Shown: piece by piece, positions 10,666-21,367 of the stretch | How positions within the stretch are numbered: the first letter of the stretch is position 1 | Layout: each line of letters begins with the position of its first letter | NCBI GenBank assembly: GCA_016748015.1 | Contig: JAAOMT010000706.1 | Coordinates: forward strand, 509,371-534,275 | DNA length: 24,905 nt | Origin: Geosiphon pyriformis uo1 | Lineage: Eukaryota > Fungi > Glomeromycota | Direction of reading: 5' to 3' | Notes under the pieces: generated by a model | Databases searched by the model: none | Told to the model about the DNA's origin: nothing | What the model saw: only the letters and a program-made list of their open reading frames with translations | Translations under genes and position numbers: made by a program

Positions 10666-11565
10666 ATGATTTTTCAATTATTAAATACAAAATATCTTTT
10701 TTTAAAACCGATACAAGGAGGAACCATTGGTGGGAAATATTTCTTGATAACTTTATTTTTTTTCTTTTATCCACAACTCGTCCTGTCAAAAGGCAGTAAA
10801 AAGAAGAGCAAAAAATTAAACGTTCGTGGACGCCGTCACCACTACAGGTACGATGGTGGTCCTAACAACAATCAAGGTCACTGTGGAAATCTATGTATCA
10901 TCTTATTATCGATCTCGGCCCTCATTCTCTGTATTAGTGTCGCCTTTCTAATATATTATATATGGATCAAAAGATGTAATAAAAACTATCGACGAAAGAA
11001 AGATGGAAGTCATCGATTGTCCAGTTCGGAACATGGATGGCGGCCAGGACATTATTATCATAATTCACAAATGATTGAGCCTCTAGATTACAATGATAAT
11101 TTCGGAGATTATTATTCGAACGTTTATCCCAGTGCACTCGATCAAAAATCAAAGCGTAGTTCTCCACCGATGAGTGGTCAACCCCCTGTTCCACCACCTG
11201 TTTATGATATAAAAATGGCAACAACTATTCAACTGCCAAAGCGTTTAAGAAGAGCTAGTGAGATAGAATCGCGCGTTATACGATCATGTACTGAATTAGG
11301 TTCTGATGAAAATAGTATTACGGGATCGAACGCTAGTGGTGGTGGGGATAATTCAGATGTTTCATCAGTTTTGTCTGATTCTATGGATCATCATAATGAG
11401 TTTTTTCGTGATGCATATGAGCAGGAGACGGAGCATTTAGTTGCGAGTGATTTGGCAAAAGTTTTGGCATATCGTGTTAGTCAAGAGAAGGTAGATAAGA
11501 GGATATCAGCGCCGAAGAAGGAAGAAATTAAAAGCAGGTCAAAATTGAAATTTTTTTTTATTTAA
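10666..11565 (+). CDS. Predicted single-pass (type I) membrane protein with a short basic ectodomain and a disordered cytoplasmic tail carrying a PPxY motif (299 aa)
   Basis: Hydrophobic FLITLFFFFYPQLVLS (signal-like), K/R/H-rich segment, TM helix LCIILLSISALILCISVAFLIYYIWI, basic stop-transfer KRCNKNYRRKK, then PPVPPPVY and a Ser-rich tail. The region is GC-elevated relative to its flanks. Confidence 0.8.
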   Translation: MIFQLLNTKYLFLKPIQGGTIGGKYFLITLFFFFYPQLVLSKGSKKKSKKLNVRGRRHHYRYDGGPNNNQGHCGNLCIILLSISALILCISVAFLIYYIWIKRCNKNYRRKKDGSHRLSSSEHGWRPGHYYHNSQMIEPLDYNDNFGDYYSNVYPSALDQKSKRSSPPMSGQPPVPPPVYDIKMATTIQLPKRLRRASEIESRVIRSCTELGSDENSITGSNASGGGDNSDVSSVLSDSMDHHNEFFRDAYEQETEHLVASDLAKVLAYRVSQEKVDKRISAPKKEEIKSRSKLKFFFI

Positions 11566-14500
11566 TGAATCATTGCGCTTTTTATGTATGTTCGTTAACA
11601 CAATACCCGAAAAATATAACGCACAGCGGCATATGGAAATATTTTCAGCTGAAAATAAATTTAGAGAAATGTTATAAGACGCTTAGTAGTAACTCAAAAT
11701 TTTTTGAAAGACATTTTAAAAATAGAAATTGTGAAATTCAAATTTCATTCAAAATTTCAAATTGAAAAAAATGGATTGTCTTCATAAAAAATTAGATTTG
11801 CTAGTTTAGATAGGTATCACGATCCTGCTATTTAAAATTATTTATTTATTTATTTATTTTGATTCCTCACTGTGTGCGTAATCCAAGTATCTTTTAGAAA
11901 TGGTTATATCCTTTTACAAAGATTTCTTAAAAAAACACAATTTAACTCGTCTATGTCTATGTCAATAAAATTTCTAAAGTAATTATAGTATTTATTTTCA
12001 GAGAATGAATAAATTTTGTAACCATTCTCTGTGCTTTTTTTTTTTTTAAGAATTACTAATGTTAGACTGGTTTTGCAAAACTTCAAAAAATCTAACTTTA
12101 CCGTTTTGAAATCTTTTTAGTGAAACTTTATCCCTTAAAAAAAGGATTTTGGTTGAAAGATTTTTATTGGGAAAGCATATAGCCATATGTAAAAAATAAT
12201 ATATAATTTAAATTATAGTGACACTGATTGGGCAAAATATTCTGCGGATCATATAATAATAATACTCCAAGAGTGCTATCATTTGAAGAAAAACCCACAT
12301 ACTGAATTTCTTGCTAGTTCAGATATAAAATATTTGTATAAAATTGAAATTCCAGCAACAAACCCATGAATTACTACAAAGAGTACAGTATGCTTTACCC
12401 TATTGCTTAGAATATATTCCTTTCAAGTAAAAAAAAAACATTATATTAATGTATTCATCTAACAAAAGGAAACAAATTAATTTTCACAAAATCCGCGGCT
12501 GTTCCCTAGGTCCAGGTCATGAGAAAGCATCCTAATTATTTTTACATCGATAAATGGAAATATCAGAATTTAGATAATTTTTTTCCCATAATCTGGCGCA
12601 AACAATAAACTGAAAGCCCGAATGACTAGAGCAAATTTATTTTAGCATGTGAAAGAAATTTTTACTGATTGAGAATTTTGCTAAATAGTAACCAAATTTG
12701 AGAAAGTCTAATTTTTAGCTTCGCGTGTGGCTTCTGAAATCATAATTTATAAATTATCAATATCTCGTCTTTTGATAATCTGCTCGCAACTTTTATTTCT
12801 AAGAGAATATGAAATTAATTCGTAACTTTTTAAAATAAAAACTTTTCATAATCATTTTATCTATTTTTTGGACATTAAATAAGTTAAACCTATGCGGCAT
12901 CTGATTGTGCTGGTGATAAACAAAAATCTTGAAATAATTAGCCGAATCCTCGATTATACTTACAATTCAAATTTTCTAACCTAATATGCCAGGCATTTTC
13001 TTAAAAGTGGGTAAAGTTGAAATCTTTTGAATTTTGATATAATTAACAATAGATGTTTGTTAAAGTGGAAAAAATTGGTGGCTTAGCTCAAAAAATGGTT
13101 TAAAGTTATTAAGCCACACATTAAAATAATGAAACAATACATAGATCATTAATTTGGCGGGGGGTTTGAGTCTATTTGATAAAAAAAAAGGGGGGGGGAA
13201 CTCATTTTCAAAATCTAATGGTTATAAAGAAGTCAAATACATTTAATTGGTCGGCTCTTATTTTTAAGTTAAACGATGAGGGATAGTGCATTAATTGTTA
13301 AAAATCTTTGATGAAATTTCTCTTCAGTCCTATTGTTTAATAAAAGTATTGAATATAATAGAAATTTGAATATCACTATCCTTTTTAAAATGACCTTTCA
13401 AAGTTTAATCCCAACAGTAAATGAATAACAGCCTCAAGACTATTCAAACTGAAAAAATTTTAAGAGGCAATTTGCTTAGTTTATTAAAATCTCTCAAGAC
13501 ATGTGATTTCTTTTAATATAAACTGAAGTAGGAAAGTCTTAAACTATATTATCTCATTATCGAAAGAAAATCAAGGTTAGTATCTAGAGCATGTTTTTCA
13601 CCAAAGCTTTCTTTACAAATTTAATATGGCAACCATAATTTTATGTAAATTTGCCAGATATTTAGACTAATTCCTCATTTGTTATTTTTAAAGAAAGGGT
13701 TCTGCACTATATATAAAGCATAATATATTGATTGAAAAATTGATTCAAGTAACATAAAAATTAATATATAAAAGAAGAAATAACAATAATAGTTGCAATA
13801 AATTTATTAAAATAGTTAGAATATTTTGATTATTAAAGTAGTTAAAATATTTTGAAAAATTTTATAAAAAAGTAAACATCATTCCATGAATTCTATTTAT
13901 TTCTCATAATTAGTCAAAAATTTAAAATTAATGAAAAAATATTTTAACTAAAATTATTTTTATTTGATTTATTAAAATTATTAAAATTATTTATATTCGA
14001 AATTTTTAAATTTAAAAAAATTGATTTATTAATAAAAAACTTTCTTTTCTTAGTATCTAAAAGTTTTATTTAAAAATTCTAAAATTAGTTTTTAAGAAGA
14101 AACTGGAAGTTAATAAAAACAAGAAAATAAAAACGGTCATTAATAAAACTTTTCTATTTTAGTGTTAGACATACTAAAAAAAAATTATCTTAATAAAAAA
14201 TATCTATTATTAGAGCATGGGTTTTTGGGGTTCGGTATAATTTTAAAAAGCAACCGTAATTCATGAATTAATTGATGCGTGGAATATAAAACATCATGGT
14301 GAAATGGAATATAAAAGAGAAAGAATAAATAGAAAAGTATCAATAAAATCTATAAAAAAGATTAAAAAATTGTTTAAAGAGGTAATAATTATTATTATTA
14401 TTTAATTGATATTTAGTTATTATTTATTATTTTAACTATTACTAAAGTTCTATTTTTATAGTTGTTATAGAATTTAAATCTTATTTTTGAAAAACAATAA

Positions 14501-14967
14501 ACATTAAGACAAAAAACCATTTATTTTAAAAAAAATTATAGTTAATAATTATTATCATTATTAGAAAAAAAAAAGATATTGCTTTAGTTTTTATAACATC
14601 ATCCCAACTTTTAAAATAAATAATAATACCATTTATTAATTGAAAAAAGATACATGTAAAAATATAACTTGCTTTGCTTTTTTTTAATAAACAATAATTT
14701 TTTAAAAATAACTACATTAGACAATACAATCAAATGTTTAATTTATTTCTATCTAATAGGTATATTGTTGCTACTGTTGTTAAAATTGTTAAGGACATTA
14801 TTGTTTACAACTAGATTAAAGTTGATAAAGCAAAACTGTTAAAAAAATCAAAAATAAATAAAGAGTATTTTAAATCTGTTTTACAACATTTTGTCTAACT
14901 GTTTCTATTACTAAAAAGTCTTTGCTTTCTTAATAATAATAATAACAAGAATATTGAATGCTAACAT

Positions 14968-15429
14968 CTAATGGTGTTTAACACCGTTTGCGTTACCGTT
15001 GTAGTTTCCATTATAGGAACCATAATTTTTGTTACCGTTGTAGTTTCCATTGTAGGAACCATAATTTTTGTTACCGTTGTAGTTTCCATTGTAGGAACCA
15101 TAGTTGTAGTTACCATTCAAGTTTCCATTGTAGGAACCATGGTTGTAGTTACCATTCAAGTTTCCATTGTAGGAACCATGGTTGTAGTTACCATTCAAGT
15201 TTCCGTTGTTGCTTCCAACGTTGTAGTTACCATTGTAGTTTCCGTTGTTGCTTCCAACGTTCCCGTTGCCATTGTAGTTTCCGTTGTTGCTTCCAACGTT
15301 CCCGTTGCCGTTTCCATTTCCATTTCCGCTACTTCCATATCCATTTGGCACGGCAGAGACGAAGAGGTAGGTGAGAAGAAGAGTTACCAAAAAGATGGTG
15401 GGCAAGCGAGCAAACGATTGGTAAGACAT
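14968..15429 (-). CDS. Small secreted Asn/Gly-rich tandem-repeat protein (153 aa)
   Basis: Signal peptide MSYQSFARLPTIFLVTLLLTYLFVSA, then eight 13-aa repeats N[VHY]GS[NY]NGN[YL]NGNx. TATAAAA lies on the minus strand at 15561-15567. Confidence 0.9.
   Translation of the reverse strand: MSYQSFARLPTIFLVTLLLTYLFVSAVPNGYGSSGNGNGNGNGNVGSNNGNYNGNGNVGSNNGNYNGNYNVGSNNGNLNGNYNHGSYNGNLNGNYNHGSYNGNLNGNYNYGSYNGNYNGNKNYGSYNGNYNGNKNYGSYNGNYNGNANGVKHH
14989..15300 (-). repeat. Coding tandem repeat, 8 x 39 nt
   Basis: Corresponds to aa 44-147 of the 153-aa ORF. Confidence 0.95.
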
Positions 15430-16849
15430 TTTGAATAAAGTAAAGCTTTTGCAAAGGGTGGTTAAAAGTTATTTTATTTGCAATTTTTTGTTTTCAAAGA
15501 ATTTGTTATTCGTTGAATAAACTTCAGAAGTGCATTGTTCTTGGAAGTTTCAAGATTCGTTTTTATAGCAAATTTTCCCGGTCTAATTCTAGGTCTAAAA
15601 TTTCGCCGTTCTTCTGATTAATTACAAATAATAGTTTTTTCAAAGAGATATTAGTCTCATTACAAGAAATTTCAAAGAATGATCGATCGATCTTTCAGAT
15701 AGTCTCTGTATTTTTTTAATGACATAGGATTATTATTATTAGTTTGGGAAATAAACTGATAGCATCAACTGGTTTTCTCTTTTGGTTTAAAAATGAAATC
15801 GATAGTAGAAACTTCTGTTTTAAAAGTAGACCTGAAAATCGCATCTTTCATACAAAATCTGGAGGCTTCAATGAAAACCAAAATGAAATGACATAGGTTT
15901 AACATTGAAATGAAGCAGCCATTGAAAAAAGTCCAAACAATTCAGAAGAAGAGTGTCAATGAATAATTGTCTTTTGGGTTCTTCAAAAGCAAAAATAAAT
16001 ACGCCGAATTTCTAATAAACAAAAAAACTTGATTTAAAAATTCTTTTAAATAAATTCCTTTTCTTTAATTCCGGCCTTCTGACGAGAAAAATTCATGCCG
16101 AAAAGTACATGATAAACCAACAGAAAAACTTGAGTGTCCATTTTTGCTTAGAGACATACAAAATATTTCTTTAGGATATTTCTCACGGTAGTTTTAATAT
16201 TTTATATAATTAAAGCGAAACATGTTTCTAAAGTTAGAGATAAATCTATTCCTAAATTTGTTGCCCGAAAACAAAGTAGAGTGATGAAAATTAATTAAAA
16301 ATTCAATAAAATGAAAGTCTTAAAAAGGATATGCTTTTTGACATTATGACGATCATAACAAAGAAATATCTTTTGTCTTGAATGGAACATTAAGCATTCA
16401 CCCACCCAAAAATACGTTCGATTATCTACCTCGTTTAGACTAATTGACCGCATCCATTTTCCTACGTTTGTTGTGGCCCAAAAAGGGTTTTCTAAAGTGT
16501 ACGAGATAGAATTTGAGTCAAATTTTGAATTATTTCTTTGTAAATGCTCTATAGCTATTCCGATTAAGAAGAAGCTTTAGAAATACAATGCCTTTTGAAA
16601 GTAAATTTTTAGCTGGATCAAAATTATTAAAAGGAAAATAAAAAAATATTTTGCGTATAAAAGGCTGAAATTTAATCCATAATTTGGGACAATGTTATTC
16701 GCTAATCGTGGGTAAAGAGAGATAATTCTTGGAATATTCTTATAAATATTCGATATAAATAGATTTTTACTCTATTTGGAGCTCTCACCGGAATCGATAT
16801 ATGCACTTTCCACATTTGATTGGTTTAATGACATGTACTACCAAGTTGT

Positions 16850-16985
16850 AGATTGAAAACGCAGAATAATTTCCTTTTAAATTGTTCCAAAAAGAGTATC
16901 CCTTTAAGATCAGATTTTCAAATGATGGGCGTTTGAGATTGAAAATGCTGAATAATGTACTTTTAAATTGTTCAAAAGAAAGATC
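16850..16985 (+). repeat. Two-copy degenerate direct repeat (about 45-50 nt core, 86-nt spacing)
   Basis: AGATTGAAAACGCAGAATAATTTCCTTTTAAATTGTTCCAAAA at 16850 versus AGATTGAAAATGCTGAATAATGTACTTTTAAATTGTTCAAAAG at 16936. Confidence 0.8.
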
Positions 16986-18667
16986 TTTCCAAAGTTTGAA
17001 TTTGAATTCAAAAAATAACGTAACTCTGATTTTTGCAAATACTCCCTCTTTTGAAGTTTAAAAAGCTAAAATTCTTTGAGTTACCATTTTTTGTTTATAA
17101 TTAAGAAACGTTTTAATATTTATATATTAGGTTTCAAATTTTTGTTATTTTCAAAAAGCATAAAATTTTGGCCTTAAAGTAAGCTCTATAGTTAACAAAG
17201 AAAAATGGGAAATTTTGGAATTTATACGACAATCTTCCTATCACTCTCAAGAGAATGGATCAATATCGAGGACCCTTTTAAGAAACGTAATGGTGTAGCA
17301 AGCATATGAATTCTTAATCTTATCAAAATGAAATTAATTAACCACCCCTTTTTTTTCCCCTCCAACTCCAATACTCGGAAAGAAGTCTGAATGAATCCTA
17401 AACTTTTTTTTCTCGTGGGACAAAGATATTAAAACCTTAAGCGATCATTGAGAGTTAATCTCCTACCACCCAACACAAAAAAAAGTTAAATAAGAAAGGT
17501 AACCATTAAGCTCGTTTTTCTTTATCATATTTCGTTGTTTGTCTCGAAGGTATCTAATAACGTTGAAAATCAAAATTTGCTAGCGATTTCAACTTTCTCA
17601 AGAAAAATATTTTTAATGATGGTGTGCTAGGTAACTTTTGAAAGAAGTAATTTTCCCAATGATAAATAATATTTCTAGGGAACCAATCGCTGATTTACTG
17701 GGGATTAATACAATAAGGGCCGTTCGCAATTTTTCATGCGGCCAATTTCAAATAGGAGCTTTTTTTATTACCCCTAGATTTTTCCATTACTCTTCTCTGT
17801 TTTATTTCTTTGGGATGAGATTAACTTTTTTTGAATTTTCCATTTTTTTGGCCCTAATTGGATATAGCAATAGATGATTTTATTTTTCAGAAAAGTCTAT
17901 TTCGATTCTCCCAAAAGAGTCAACAAGAGTAGGGAATTCTAGCAAAGGAAATTAAATTATTTGTTTTTTAAAGAATTTTATTATCAATAATGAATTCTAT
18001 TTCAGTCCAATTTATAAATAGGTTATTTAGTTTTTTGATCATTAAAAATAATGTTGATTGAAATTTTCTGCATCGATCCAAACTATGCTTTTCATGAGTA
18101 AAAAAGTCAAAAGGTAGGCTCGCTTGGTGTTGTAATATTTTCATGATTCATTTTGGTTCTACGCTTTAAATTATCTTCCAGAATCCTAATATCGTTGACG
18201 ACCTTCTTCAAAAACGTGACTCTTCTTTTTTATTATCCCGCTGACATCACTATTTGTTTACTCTTTCGTTGGGCAACAAGAGTTTTCTCGTTTCACTTTG
18301 TAATGAATGGTATATAAAATTAATGTCATTAAGTTAGGGAATGAATCTTTGCTTTTTAATAATATTTTCTGAGGTACTATTTAATTTTTACCTCGCTTTC
18401 AAGATTCTAAAAGGTACTAATAAGCCAGAAGGAATTAATCCTTTAAATCACCTTATTCGATATTATTATAAATGTTTTTTTTGCAATGTGAAAATTTATA
18501 CTTATTTATTTAAGCACTTTTCTCTAGATTTTTCTTACTTTAATTTCCTAATCCTTATAATATTCAAATTATTTCAAGACATCCCGAAATTGAGGCTCTA
18601 CTATTAAACAAACCATTTCCAAATCTAAAGTCCTGAATTTTTGGTACATTATCACCATCAAGTGAAA

Positions 18668-19325
18668 GGCTGCACACTCTAAATTTTTCATTTATTATTA
18701 AGACGTTTTTTAACCGGAGTTGTGTTACATGGAGGAATACTATGCTTAATATTGGCAACATCGTCACACTCTTCTTTTTGAATGATTAAATCACCACATC
18801 TGCCTATTTTTTTCTAATAACAAATAATGTGCTTTCCATTATTCAACTTTGATTCTTTCTTGCTTTGCTTACAAGACTATGTGATTCACCTTTGCAAAGA
18901 TGTGGTTATTAAAATTCACTGAACTGCTGTTAGCTTGGTAAGGCTATCGAATGATCAGTCAATAAAAGACCATACACCTCAAGATAATCCATTGCAAGTG
19001 ATCCTGCTTCATATTCAACTAATCTAAGTATTCAAGATACAACAGTTATTACCAATAAATTAACTTTTATCCTTGTTTATAATAAATGATACTAATACTC
19101 ACAGATTGTAAACTGACAGATGAATCCAGTCAAGATCAAAATGGTTGGCACCCATCTGCCTCTTGGAAGTAAAAGTGGTGGAGACAAATAATGAGTTTAT
19201 GAAACGTTTACAGTCAGCAGGATGTGACGATGTCGGCAATATTAAGCATAGCATTTCTCCACGCAACACAACTCGGCTTAAAAAACGTCGTAATAATAAA
19301 TAAAAAAATTTTTGCGTATGCAGCC
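18668..19325. mobile_element. Non-autonomous TIR DNA element (658 bp) with ~102-bp imperfect TIRs and a candidate 5-bp TSD TGAAA
   Basis: 18668-18768 is the reverse complement of 19223-19325 at roughly 85% identity; both ends read GGCTGCA. TGAAA is present at 18663-18667 and 19326-19330. Confidence 0.8.
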
Positions 19326-19451
19326 TGAAAAATTTTTATTTTTAAAAATAGGTTTGATTGTTATCATCATCATCGTCGTCGTTATCGTCGTCATCTATCA
19401 TGAATAAAATAAATGTGGGATAAAAACAAAAACAATAAACAAACGAAAATA

Positions 19452-20574
19452 CGAGAGGGTGAAATCTGAGATAACCAATAGTAAAATCTGCGATGAGATA
19501 GGGTAAAAACCTGTAAACCCCGTGATTGTATCAGGTGAAATCTGCGATAAATAGACATTTTTTAAGAGCAACGGCACCTTTTGAGGGCAGACTCAATTGA
19601 GAGTACTGTAAAGTCGACCAAACTAAGTGGCACAACTTTGAATGGAAAATTCAAACGAGTAATACTGTTATTACTGAAACAGGTAAGCTTAAAAATAGAG
19701 GTCCTTCTTCATTAGATATAACGATCAGTTTTTATTGCAAAAAACTTAAATCTTTCCATAGATGACAAAATTCATTGTATAACCACTTTTGGGAGTAGGA
19801 CGCGAACTTCTAATTGCCATTGCCCTTGCTTTGTAGGTTTTTGCAACCCATCGTATTGATACCAGCCAGAATCGTTGATATTTTCGAAACGAACATCGGC
19901 AATATGATGGATGCCGTTACAAAAAGAAACTTCCATGAGGCGAAATCTATATTAAAAATTAATAAATAAATACAAATTTACCTTTGTTTTGTAATTTGAT
20001 TTCCTTTAGGAAAATTAATTTCTTCCGGTAAATCTTTGTTCTGAAGAGACATTGATGGCAAGGATTAGAGGCAGTCGCTGGTCAATTTGTCTTTTTGATA
20101 TGGTATCACCTGTGCATCGGTAAAAATACCTAAGAAAAGGTTAGAATGCAAAGCGAAAATAGAGGAAAAAATATAGACACTTTACTCAAGCTTTCCAGTA
20201 TCCAATGATACGCATTTTTCAGTCATATAAGCATTTGTGGGAACGTTTTTTAGAGCCTCTCCGTCTGTCGATTTGAATTCTAATCTGCTCGCAATAATAT
20301 AAGGATTTTGCCAGTGTTCAAGGCAAGACTCGAAATAATCGTTTTCTGATAATACCGGAACCTGCGGTTTTCTACAAATTAAATTAGGTGCATTAATATA
20401 AATATATCGAACGAGCATGACGGTAGACTGTTTTTCATATAATATAGCCAATAAAATGCGATTTATCGCAGATTTCACCTGATACAATCACGGGGTTTAC
20501 AGGTTTTTACCCTATCACAGATTTTACCCAGGTTTTACATTACGTGACTGATCATCTCAGATTTCACCCTGTCG
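19452..20574. mobile_element. Non-autonomous TIR DNA element (about 1.12 kb), TA-flanked, with structured TIRs
   Basis: Ends read TA|CGAGAGGGTGAAATCTGAGAT and ATCTCAGATTTCACCCTGTCG|TA. There is a perfect 56-bp inverted block (19497-19552 / 20461-20516) and a repeated GT[GA]AAATCTG[ACT]GAT motif three times per end. Confidence 0.9.
19746..20450 (-). pseudogene. Spliced, frameshifted C-terminal half of a USP-like (peptidase C19 fold) cysteine protease inside the TIR element
   Basis: Proposed introns 20130-20185 (GTAAAG...CTAAC...TTAG) and 19947-19981 (GTAAAT...ATAG), with two frameshifts (about 20040 and 19838-19842). Reconstructed sequence: ...KLEYFYRCTGDTISKRQIDQRLPLILAINVS/KDLPEEINFPKGNQITKQRFRLMEVSFCNGIHHIADVRFENINDSGWYQYDGLQK/TYKARAMAIRSSRPTPKSGYTMNFVIYGKI*. 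Confidence 0.65.
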
Positions 20575-21085
20575 TATCATAATAAAATTAGATATTTTGC
20601 TAAGTCCTGGTAGGGCTGAGTTTTTGATAATTGATTCAAAAGTTCACTTCCTGTATTTATCCTTATGCAATTACATTTAAATTTTATTAATAATTTTTTG
20701 TGATTTTAAAACTCTAAATTGGCTTTTACTCTTTCAAAGAACAAATATCTTTTAGCGCTCATTAAATAGACAACTTTTGGTCATTATTTTTCAGGCTACA
20801 AGACGGTGTCTGGTAGTCATAATAAAATTAATATATATTTGTGTATATATTTAAAATAATTAAATTAAAATTTTAAACACAAATTAAAAACATTAATTAT
20901 TTTTACAAATATTTTTAGCACTTAAAATTATTTTAAATTGAAATTTGATAACTATTACTTACTAACAGCTAAAAAATAATTTTTTTATTTATTATATATA
21001 TAAATCATTAATGTTTTTAAACAGTTTTTGTGGTGTTTTGGATTTTGGGGTTAAATCTTGTGATTAAAATACCTTTTTCACTAAT

Positions 21086-21110
21086 CGTGCGTACCAAAAG
21101 CTATTCTTAT
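21086..21110 (+). mobile_element. Possible eroded left TIR of the Tc1-like element
   Basis: CGTGCGTACCAAAAG resembles the CAGTG...CAAAA start of Tc1 TIRs and lies about 280 nt upstream of the transposase. No matching right TIR was found. Confidence 0.3.
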
Positions 21111-21367
21111 CAAGATATTGCATCTCAACGCAATACGCAGCTCTGGAAAAATAATTGCTTATATTAATTTGGGAGCCGATAAAATTAGAAAGGTGATTAA
21201 CTTTTTTTTTAAAAAATACATTAATTTAAATTTGCTTACAACTGGATATAAATCAGAATATTTTAAAGATTAAAGTAATATTAAAAACTTTAAAATTGCT
21301 TATTTTAATAAAAAAAGATATTCCTTTTTGTTTATTATTGAGTTAAAGAGCGATTTGAAAATTCAAA

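Noticed and set aside
14989-15300. CRISPR array or intracellular HET-s-like signalling amyloid
   Set aside because: The repeats are contiguous and coding, with no unique spacers. The protein has a signal peptide and no linked effector domain.
14971-15438. Two plus-strand ORFs (Val/Thr/Ile-rich 155 aa and Cys/His-rich 128 aa) overlapping the repeat gene
   Set aside because: They are antisense shadows of a 39-nt repeat that lacks stops in those frames. Only the minus-strand ORF has a signal peptide and an upstream TATA.
15681-15692. GATCGATCGATC palindrome upstream of the repeat gene
   Set aside because: A simple (GATC)3 with no other support for function.
18106-18310. Slightly GC-richer coding-like patch (minus strand LKKVVNDIRILEDNLKRRTKMNHENITTPSEPTF)
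   Set aside because: Too short and interrupted, with no motif I can assign.
1162-18767. Short ORFs at 1162, 2739, 6036, 9358, 10967, 11565, 11904, 17638, 18341 and 18564
   Set aside because: They have AT-driven F/L/I/K/N composition or overlap real genes or a TIR, several have non-ATG starts, and none shows a recognisable motif.
20610-20650. TAGGGCTG hAT-like terminus
   Set aside because: No partner inverted end or 8-bp TSD found.
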